Shown: positions 53,758 to 64,000 of the stretch, one piece after another
Numbering within the stretch: position 1 is the first letter of the stretch
Layout: every line of letters begins with the position of its first letter
Assembly (NCBI GenBank): GCA_964016885.1
Contig: OZ024740.1
Span: 297,042,001-297,106,000, forward strand
Length of the DNA: 64,000 bases
From: Eledone cirrhosa
Lineage: Eukaryota
Direction: 5' to 3'
The notes under the pieces: generated by a model
Databases searched by the model: none
What the model was told of the DNA's origin: nothing
The model's input: the letters and a program-made list of their open reading frames with translations, nothing else
Translations under genes and position numbers: made by a program

Positions 53758-54015
53758 CATCATTCCTTCGTTGAAACTATCGGGATATGAGCCAGAGTAA
53801 GAGCCACCACTGCCCATGTCTGAACTAAGGCCAGAGTTGAAATCTGACCTCATGCCGTGCTGCATACCGGATTGCATGTCTGTCCTCATATCTGATTGCA
53901 TGTCTGATCTCATGTCTGATCTCATGTCTGATCTCATGTCTGATCTCATGTCTGATTTCGTGTCTGACCACATGTCAGATCGCATATCGGAAGGCGCATC
54001 ATAACCCATGTTAGA
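53758..54015 (-). CDS. S-crystallin gene A, long-loop exon 5 (SNMGYDAPSDMR...(SDMR)n...FNEGMM)
   Basis: ctctcttcctttcag acceptor, ATG|gtaag donor, 258 nt, phase 0-0, open frame, 12-nt coding repeat. Lies at the helix4-helix5 position where S-crystallins carry their variable insert. Confidence 0.9.
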
Positions 54016-54613
54016 CTGAAAGGAAGAGAGAAATTATAATAATAACAATAACGCTAATAAGGGTTTCTTATATAGGCGCAAGGCCAGCAATTTTTGGGGA
54101 GGGGAAAGTCGATTAAATCGACCCCAGTGTATTACTGGTACTTTATTTTATCGACCCCGTAAGGATACCTCGTAAGGATGAAAGGTAAAGTTTACCTCGG
54201 TGGGATTTGAACTCAGATCGTCAAGGGCCGTAACTCTATGCTGCAAAACATGACGTCCGACCCTCTACCGATACTGCCAATCCACCGCCCTAATAACGCT
54301 AATAATGGCTTCTGATTTAGGCACAAGGCTAACAAATTTGGGGGAGGAGAAATTCGATGAAATCGACCGAGTGCGTTACTGGTACGTTATTTTTTTTTAT
54401 CGACCTCGTAAGGATGAAATGCAAAGCTAATCTCGGTGACATTTGAACTCAAAACATAGACTACGCGAAGCATTTGTCTGACGTTCTAACGTCTCTGCAA
54501 ATCAATCACCTTTATATGATAATAATAATAATATCCGAAAAATTCGGACTCGGATGGGTGTGGTTGTGCATTGTGTGTGCATATATGTGTGTGTTTGTAT
54601 GTATATATATATA

Positions 54614-55207
54614 TGGTGGCTGCCAACTAGTTTTCGAGTACGGCCACTACTTCATATCCATGTAGGAGAACCCCTACTGATGCGCTGAATGAGTGTGACT
54701 TTTTAATCCAGCCAGCGATTTGAAAATTCTGCTACAAACACTGCACCTGTGACAATTATTGACACATAGTGCCAGGCCCATGGTACCATGTGACGACAAG
54801 TGCAGAGAGATCTCCAGATATAAAGCAATGCCTGTACCGTGAAGCTTTTATAGTGAGCAAAGGCACTGCACAAAGCCAGTCCCACTCTCTTAACTAAGAT
54901 GATATTTACCAAAAAGAAGAACAAGTCAACATCATTGGATACCATCAGGGTTGCAGGTGTTATATCAGAGTTTTCCTTCTCCTAGAATTCTGCCTTGACA
55001 AAGGCTAAGGGGTCATCTCTCCCGGTGATTTTGGATGGCCATTGACTCTTACGAGCTCCTTTGCCCTTTGACAGGTTTTGTTTTTAGTCCTGCAGGATGT
55101 CCAAAGTCACCCTCCTCACCAAGAAACCTTGGTGGGGTTGCCAGTTCAGTCGCCAATGACCCGACCATGAGACAGGTTGTACTGGGATACATGTTACCAG
55201 TAGCACC
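54614..55207 (-). mobile_element. Non-coding dispersed repeat, probably a non-autonomous RTE derivative (second copy ~58614-59127)
   Basis: Two homologous copies in gene A introns. Contains aggagaaggaaaactctgat, reminiscent of RTE 5' UTRs. Flanked by TA/CA repeats. Confidence 0.5.
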
Positions 55208-55393
55208 AACCAATATATATATATATATATGTGTGTGTATAAGTTGTATTTAATTTGTTGGAATTCTGACAAACATAAATGTTTATAACTGATTTAGAGC
55301 ACTCAACAAGTTAATGGAGTAAATATTCAGTGAATTTCCGACCGATAAGGTATGATTTTCATGGGTACGTCTTTATTTATAAAACAAACTTTG

Positions 55394-55458
55394 TATTTTA
55401 TCTGATGAAAGCGCACCAAGGTTGGCTTGGCTGCCCTTGAAATATATATAATAAAATA
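55394..55458 (+). ncRNA. Minimal hammerhead ribozyme (family H5 variant)
   Basis: tattttat-CTGATGA-aagcgcaccaag gttgg cttggctgccctt-GAAA-tatata-TA-ataaaata. Perfect 8-bp stem I. Stem II differs in sequence from the 32949 copy but still pairs. Confidence 0.78.
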
Positions 55459-55500
55459 AATATGGTTTTATAAATATAGTTTCCATTTATTTAATATCAT

Positions 55501-55569
<69 letters not shown>

Positions 55570-55875
55570 GATATTAATAAATGGAAACTATATTTATAAA
55601 ACCATATTTATTTCATTATACATATTTCAGGGATACTAAATTAAATTATGGTATGCCTTTATCAGACAAAATACAATATATAACAGTTTTACAAATAAGC
55701 TTTGACGTACCCTTTTAAAATGCAACCATTATTTTTGGAAGCCATCTGGATGGCTTCCAAAAATAATGGTTGCATTTATTAATATCGTATATCTACTCCA
55801 AATACTTGTCGAGTGCTTTATATCAGTTATAAAAATATTTACTTGTTGTATCCCAACAATTTTAAATAGAACTTT

Positions 55876-55955
<80 letters not shown>

Positions 55956-56759
55956 ACGAGGGAGAGCCATGTTATGATTTTCCCTAAGTAGTTTTGTTGT
56001 TTTTTCTTCTGTTGTTGTTGTTCTTGTTGATGTTGATGCAGCTGTTATAGCTAGTGCATCCCTGCTGTTGGTATTGTAGGTGATAGTGCTACTGCTGTTC
56101 CTGTTGTCATTGACGTAGTTGCTGCACACTAATGTTGCTTTTGCTCTTGTTGTTAGCAGAAGTGGTAAAGTGGGCTGTGGTCCTTTGTTTTTTGGTTGAG
56201 ATCTGAAAGTTCTTAAGTAGTTGGCATCATTACATGAATGATACCCATGTTTTTTGTCCTCCATCGCTAAATACAACTGCATTTTATTCGGTAGGCTAAT
56301 AAGATCTGGACTCTTATCAAGGTTTTCTGGTTTTATTTGAAACAGGACATTCAAAATGATTCTAGACCTGTTCACACGACGAGCTTCTTTTACGCCCAAG
56401 CAATGGATGCTCTCTCCAGGACGTCGGGCCATATTTCATTTAAGACCTGCTCAAGGTAGGCTAGTGTGGTACTATGTCTGGGCTTCTGGGTCTTACTGAC
56501 ACACAACGATACATAACCGTTGTTGCGACAACCATATAAAGTATACGTAAATCTCGTAGGTAAAAACAAAAACTGTTGTTACATATATTTTAAATATTAT
56601 TTTATCACATAGAGGGCGTGGATGAGATATGCCAGTTAGTGTTTGTCTGTATCAATGTGGAAATAGAGCAGACAGAGAAACAGATAGATGGAAAAAAAAA
56701 ATTCAAATAGAGACTTGAATAGAAGTAATTAAAGTATAAAACGAAAAAGATAATCTTAC

Positions 56760-56813
56760 CATTTTCCCATCCATATCTGTGTAACGTTGGCGCATGTCAG
56801 ACATTCTATCCCA
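56760..56813 (-). CDS. S-crystallin gene A, loop micro-exon 4 (WDRMSDMRQRYTDMDGKM)
   Basis: Strong pyrimidine tract ttctatttcctttccag, ATG|gtaag donor, 54 nt, phase 0-0. Met-rich and contains the SDMR motif of the next exon. Confidence 0.85.
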
Positions 56814-57194
56814 CTGGAAAGGAAATAGAAAACCTCGTTTTTAATATCTTATTAAGTATTCTGTACAATCTGATAGTAATTCCACCCTATAAAAATAAAA
56901 TAAAGACCCGAGACTATGCACACCACGTCATTAGGTTATGTGTGCCTTGCATTGGTTGCTGGATGAATAATTGAAAAGTATATATATATATATATATGGA
57001 CCTGTTATATTTATCTAAAGACATTTTTTCTAATTTCACCTTCCCTTCAATCTATTTTATTTTCATTCTTTCTTATGATGAAGGACTAGCGTCCGAAACG
57101 TAAAGACCCTCTTAATGCTATTTCAAGCGTTAACCTAATATATTCCTTCCATATACTGTACCGATTGTGTTGTTATTTCTGTTTACCGTTTACC

Positions 57195-57264
<70 letters not shown>

Positions 57265-57949
57265 ATGACATCCGTCGGTTCCGACGAAGAGTGTTCCAAT
57301 TAAGACAATCAATGGACTAAATTCCACGGGAAATTAATCTGCTAGTGGCTGCGCCTTTTATAGACACATGTACCTTTGATATATTTCTCAGGGAGATTCA
57401 GCGTGTCACAGTGAGTGACTAGAGTGGCTATTTAAAATACAAGTTCGAATCACATATGCTAGCTGAGTTGTCTGATCTAATGTGAAATAAAGTATCTAGC
57501 TCAAGGAAACAAAATGCGGCTGGCAATGGAACTCAGGACCTTTCGATTGTGAACATGGCACCCTAAGCATTACGCTATACACCTTCACCTACTTGTTACA
57601 TGGCAGCATATATCTATTACCAGACTAGAAATTGGTCAAATCAATTCCACTTTTACAACTGACGAATAAAAAAAGTTGTTCTAACCACTAAATTTATCAG
57701 AGAGAAACTAAATTTTTTTCGAAAATAAATAACAGCATACATTTTACAATATTGCTTTTTAAAAAGCGCACTAAGTAGCGTGTGTGCGTGTGTTTGTGTT
57801 TTACACATATCCCCCCCCCCCCCCCCACAAACATATATATATGCATACATCTCTATATATACTGCATCTCTCTCTCGCTGTATACATACACACACACACA
57901 CACACACACTTACATACATACCTACCTACATACATACATACATACCTAC

Positions 57950-58003
<54 letters not shown>

Positions 58004-58196
58004 CTAGGGGGTGTAACGTGAAGTTACTGTAGGTTCACCCAGGTGAGCTCTCAATGTCATTACAATAACAGAGGTCCGACGAGCTTTTGATTCCAGAATC
58101 GGGCCAGATCGCTACAGATCTAACCTTGAGCTGATCAGTAGCGAAACGTACGTCACAAATCAATAAACGTAATGAAGGCTTAACAAATCATCCTTG

Positions 58197-58262
<66 letters not shown>

Positions 58263-59275
58263 GTGCGTGTATGTTGTACATACGTCAGTTGCAACGACGA
58301 GTGTTGTATATGAATCAACTCGCTGAATAGTATGTCAGTGAATTTAACTTGCAAGTGGCTGAGCACTCCATAGATACGTAGTCACCAGGCAGATTCAACA
58401 CACATTGTTTGAAAGGGGTGGCCATTTGTACCAGCTGTACGGTTCACCTGTACCAGCTGAGTTGACTAGATCAACGAGAAATAGTGTCTTGCTAAAGAAC
58501 ACAACACACTAAAGCGAATCGAACTCACAACCTTACAGTCACGAAACAAATACCCTAACCACTAGACCACGTACCTTCACAAACACACACATACATACAT
58601 GCATTCAAACATGATGGCTGCCCCCTCGTTATCGAGTATGGCCATTGCACAATATAGCATTATTAATAATTATTAATTAATTCTATTGTGCAATGCCTGT
58701 GCGCGAGATTTTTTTTAAAGTGAGGGAAGACTGCATTGAGCCAATCCCACTCTCTGAGCAACAGTAGCTATAATCCGAAAAGAAGAAAAGATCAACATTA
58801 TCGGTAACTACTGAGCCGCAGGTTTTATATCGGAGTTATCCCAGTTCCCTGAGTTGCTTTCTCCTAGAAGAATGCCCTGACAAAGGCTAGGGGTCCTTCA
58901 CTCCCAGTGGTTTAACCGCGCAGTACATGTGTATATACATATTTACACACTTTTGGATGGCCGTTGACTCTTATGAGTTCTTCCGCACTTTGTCAGATTT
59001 TCTTTTTTGTACTGCAGGGTGTCGAAGATCACCGTCCTCACCAAGTAAACTTGGTGGGGTTGCCGGTTTAGTCGCCGACTACCCGACCAAGCGACAGGTT
59101 GTATTGGGTTACATGTTATCAGTAGCACTCAAGAGTGAATATATACACACATACATACATACATTCGTACGTACATACATACATACATAAACAGGTGGTA
59201 GAGTAGCGGATTATCTGGGTATATGTGTGTATGCGCGCGTGTATATACATGAAAGAGTAAAAGTATTTAACTTAC

Positions 59276-59391
59276 CATCATTCTGCCTTCTCTGTCATGG
59301 TACATCCTCATGTAGTCATCCATGATGTCATAGAAACAATCGCAAATGTAGTCAATACGTGCCATATCGATGTTATTTTTACCGTGATAAC
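59276..59391 (-). CDS. S-crystallin gene A, exon 3 ([39 protein letters not shown])
   Basis: tttgcag acceptor, ATG|gtaag donor, 116 nt, in frame with exon 2. [14 protein letters not shown] is a typical S-crystallin helix-4 signature. Confidence 0.95.
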
Positions 59392-59680
59392 CTGCAAAAA
59401 AAAACCATAATATATATATACACACACACATATATATATACATACATACATATATATATACATACATGTATATGAATATATACATGCATATATATATATA
59501 CATACATACATATATATACGTATATATATATGTGTGTGTGTGGGGAGGGGCGCGTATCTAAACCTTGATTATATATGTTCTGGCTCGTTAATTTATTAAC
59601 CTGCCATAGAACCACATTGGCATTACAACTAAGAAGATAAGAAAGAAAGGACATAGGTAATTAGTCGGATTTAGACTTAC

Positions 59681-59776
59681 CAAATTCTCTGGCAAGGTAT
59701 CTTGCAATAGCCATACTCTGAGGAATCTGCATACGACCATCAACCTCCAAGACAGGCAACATTGAGCCAGGCATTT
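59681..59776 (-). CDS. S-crystallin gene A, exon 2 ([33 protein letters not shown])
   Basis: ttttgacag acceptor and gtaag donor, 96 nt, phase 1-1. Carries the GST N-domain motifs LPVLE and [10 protein letters not shown]. Same length as exon 2 of gene B. No exon 1 was found between here and 64000. Confidence 0.95.
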
Positions 59777-59856
59777 CTGTCAAAATAGAAATGTTAATGA
59801 GTTTGTTGTTGCTGCTACTGATGTTTGTGTTTATTTTCTAATGATAGTTATATTTA

Positions 59857-60629
59857 CTAGTAGAAAACCCACCCCACGGGTGGTTTTCTGCTAGCATGTG
59901 TAGTGTGTATATTGATATTATACACAAATATATGTGCATATTGATATTATACGCAAATAGACATGCATGTAGATATAAAATGTCATATGAAATCGTAATT
60001 GACAATAACACAGAAATTGAAGAGAGTCTGTGTTACACTCTCTTCTGTAATCAGTAAAGCAATCCACGATACATTAAAAAAAGACGATATTATATATAAA
60101 CTGCATTACCGTGAAATGTAATGAAAACAAAAAAGGACAAAATTAGCGGCGGAAATATAAACCTTATATAACGATGCAAATATATGAACGTTTATATAAG
60201 CGATGTAATAGGTGTTATAATATAATTGTTTCTACTTTTGGTACCCACTACATTACTGGTACTTTATTTTATCGACCCCGTAAGGATGAAAGGCAAAGTT
60301 AACCTCGGCGAGATTTGAACTCAGATCATAAAGGGACGTAACTCTATGCTTCTACCGATACTGCCAATCCACCGCCCTTAGATGTTATAATATAATGGAC
60401 GCTAACCGGAAGTGTTGACATTTGAAAATATTAAAGACGGGAATCTTAAAATAAGCAATCATTATATATAAGAATATTCATGTTTAATCAAGAGCTACGA
60501 AATTTAGTAGATCAATTACATAATATTCATTCATTATTTATTCGAAGTAATCCAACTTATTTTACTAGCGGGATTAAAAAAAATATAAAACGGACGCTGT
60601 CCCGCACTCCTCCTTTATTATATATGAGA
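59857..60629 (-). mobile_element. Non-autonomous Helitron (contains a nested SINE)
   Basis: On the minus strand: A|TC 5' end, subterminal hairpin gaaaaccaccc..gggtgggttttc, CTAG|T 3' end, no TSD. Second copy at 26452. Confidence 0.7.
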
Positions 60630-62236
60630 TTATCTTGAAGGTTTAAGAAGTTCGCTATACCCCATATTTTTTGTGTTAGAAATCAATACTCAATATTTGT
60701 GAAAAGGCAGATGAGAAATCAACAGCGAGCCGGGTATTAAATGTTCTGCGGTATTTATTTTGAAGCCACAAACTTAATTTTGACTCAAACCATTTCAGGG
60801 CTCATAAAATGTGTACTCCTCCTGTGTTAGGGTTCATTTAGCTCTTAAGTAATGATTTAGCAGAAAATATCTAAAAACAAAGTTTGTTAATTAAAACCTT
60901 TATAATCACTTTAAAAGTGAACAGATTGTTGGAAAAGTTGCTGTTTTAGAGTAAAGGTATTACTTTTTAATGTAATACAGTTGCAGCGCTGTTTAGAACT
61001 GTTCAAGAATGTCTTGTTCATGCGGTTACGTGTGGTACAGCATGTTAAGAGTTCATTAACTACATCATTTCCCACGAAAAAGAATTTATGGGTTATGTAT
61101 ATTTTATGAATTAAGATTAGAGATTTCTGATCTAATAAAAGCTCAAACTTGGCAACAGATTTGTTTTCAATGACACAAATATATTTTTGGTAAATACTTT
61201 CACAACATAGAGAAAGTTGAATTCCTATTTGAGAGGATTTATGAGATTCACTGATAATACCAATTGTGAAACGTATTGATCTATTAAAAAAAAGAAAAAA
61301 AGACAGGTTTTTCCCGTATAGCTCGATCTTAATAGAAAAAGCAGTTAAATATATATAAATTACATTATATTGCTGAAGAAAATGATACTTTGGACAGGGC
61401 TTAACTTGATATACCTTTTCTAAAACCCCTTAAACTTAAGTATTTTGTATAACAAACAGTTCAGGGATGACCTCGAAATAAATAATAGCAACAACCCCAA
61501 AACAGAAACTATTGAGTGTTTGTAAGGTACCCAAATAAAGCTATCTAGAAATCCATATGAATTACCATCGAATATGGTTCACCTATGGATACAGTACGGC
61601 CAAATAGTCAAGACGATCGTTTCGCAATCATTAGGTTCCGGGTTCGATCCAACTGCGCGGTATCTTTAGTAATTGTTATTTACCATAACCTCAAGTTGAC
61701 CGACGCCATATGAACTATATTGCGTACAAGGTAGCTATTAAGAAACTTGCCGAAGGAGCTGTGCAAGTAAGTCAAAGAGCCAGCTTTGTGACACCTTGTG
61801 TCCTGCTGACTCACATTGAGAATTACGTTAAGGGTACACGTGTCAGTCGAATGCTCACCCACTTGGCCTTCAATTCCACGAACGAAGATCCAACGTAATT
61901 GCTATTCTTGGTAATGTTCGACCTTCCAAACTGTGGGGTTCTCTTAGTAAGGGTACATAACAGTTCGTTTTCAATAATAATAAAAAATATTTCACTGTAG
62001 ATTTAGTGAGAAATATATATATATAAATAGATATTAAAAAGAGTTAGGGCCCGACGACTGAGCTAGTTTGGAACTAGTTGTTGAAACGGCAAGAGCTCAG
62101 CCATCGGGCCCCGACTCTTTTTGCTGGCCTTGTGCCTAAAGTAGAAACAATTATTATCACTCTCTACTATCCCAAGTATCGAGTATTCTCTTGAATGATC
62201 TTACTAGTTTAAAATTGGTTTAATCCTGATGTATAG

Positions 62237-62309
<73 letters not shown>

Positions 62310-63762
62310 AGTGTCATAGGGTAACAACTTTTGAAATATTGATTTCTAATAGAGGCACAAAGCCTCAACTTTGGGTATAGTCGATTAGATCCAATAAAGC
62401 GCTCAGCTAGTTGATCCCAGTATGTTTAGTTCTAAACCTCATTTTGTTCAGTAAGTTTATATTTTTAATTAAATTCTGCATGCGATTACATGGTAAATGA
62501 TGGTTGTCAACTTTAAAAATCTCATAAAATGTTAAAAATAGCCATTACAAATGCTTCACAGACTCAACGAATATCAAACATTGTGTTATGGCAACTACTT
62601 TAAAGATTTGAACAGTTCTAATATTTCCTTAACATAAACCTCTGGGGGTGCTTAGCTTATCGAATCCAGAAGCAGAGTCGATCTCACCAGGATTTGAAAT
62701 CACGACGTAAAACAATCTGCTTTGTACGTCAACAAACTGATTCTGCCAATTCACCGCTCTTCGCCAGTAAAATTATTTTATATTATTTGGTTGACTGACG
62801 AAATATCGGGAAATTGAATTTTTGGAAATATAGTAGCCACAAGGCAGATAACTATAATGGTTTCTCATTTAGGCACAAGACCAACAATTTTAGTGGTGGG
62901 TAATGTTGATTAAATCAACCTTAGTGCATTACTGGTGCTTTATTTTATCTACCCCGTAAGGATGAAAGGCAAAGATAACCTCAGTGGGATTTGAACTCAG
63001 AACGTAAAGGAGCGTAACTATTAATATATGCCGCAGAGCATGATATCTGACGCTCTACTGATACTGCCAATAAACCGCCTTTGGGTTGATAACTATAATA
63101 ATTGTTTATACTTTTGGCACAAGGTCAGAAATTAGTCCAGTGCATTACTGGTACTTTATTTTATCGACCCCGTAAGGATGAAAGGCAAAGTTAACCTCGG
63201 CGGGATTTGAACTCAAACCATAAAGGGACGTAACTCTATGCTGAAAAGCATGGTGTCCAACCCTCTACCGATACTGCCAATCCAACTATAATAATAGTTG
63301 ATAACTGTATATACTAGTAGAATTAATCGGGTAAAGTACCCATGGAAACAGAATAATGCAAACAGAAACGTATTCGGGATGTCGAAGCACGTATGTCTTG
63401 TATGCGGGGTGAACCCGTAATGCTTAAATGCTTTCGCCTAGCATACACGACATGCAAGGTTCGATTTCCCACTGGTGCCTCCGTCCAATTTATTCCGAAT
63501 TTAGGAATACTTTATCTGAGTATTCAATTACCATCTATAGTTATTATATCAACTATGATAGTCGATAATATTGTGGCAATTATATTTCCAAATCTTACAT
63601 TTCATTATCTTTCATTCTATTATATGTAATCCCACGCCAAGACAGTTCACCTTTTTTTTAAAAAAAAAAGCAAACACTCAACTACCTTTACTTCGCACAT
63701 GTTCAGAGAAAGGCATGAATGTCTCTTATTCATGTTTATGCGTGAATATATATATATATGCT

Positions 63763-63802
<40 letters not shown>

Positions 63803-64000
63803 TAGAGCAAACATCACGGGCGCTCTATCTCAAAATTATTTTTGAAAAGCATTAGAAATGCGCAACCGGTAAAAACTTAAAACCAAAACTGAATACTAAC
63901 TAATACTTATTACTAATTTTTACTTATTCCTAATTAAACTATTTTTCACTGGGAACAATTTGTCAGCATTTTCTTTTCCTTTTACCAATATATATATATA

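Overview
AT-rich, microsatellite-dense animal DNA, almost certainly from a coleoid cephalopod and most likely an octopus (inferred from the genes and SINE types). Two tandem minus-strand S-crystallin (sigma-GST-derived lens crystallin) genes can be spliced by eye. Gene A has exons 2-7 at 59776-48544 (exon 1 not found in the window) and a 104-aa 'long loop' encoded by two symmetric phase-0 exons carrying SDMR repeats. Gene B has exons 1-3 at 22745-3282 and runs off the left edge. Introns and the intergenic spacer are packed with mobile DNA: tRNA-derived SINEs, a near-full-length Tx1/L1-type LINE inserted in a GA-rich minisatellite, an RTE LINE, CRE-type fragments, a Penelope-like element with an inverted pLTR, non-autonomous Helitrons, MITEs, and a decayed Polinton/adintovirus capsid module. 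The most striking unannotated signal is a dense set of short fold-back (inverted-repeat) elements sitting in (TA)n tracts. They belong to several unrelated sequence families, most of which carry a minimal type-I hammerhead ribozyme with a palindromic stem III, and some lie sense-oriented inside crystallin introns. All calls were made by reading the sequence; no database search was run.
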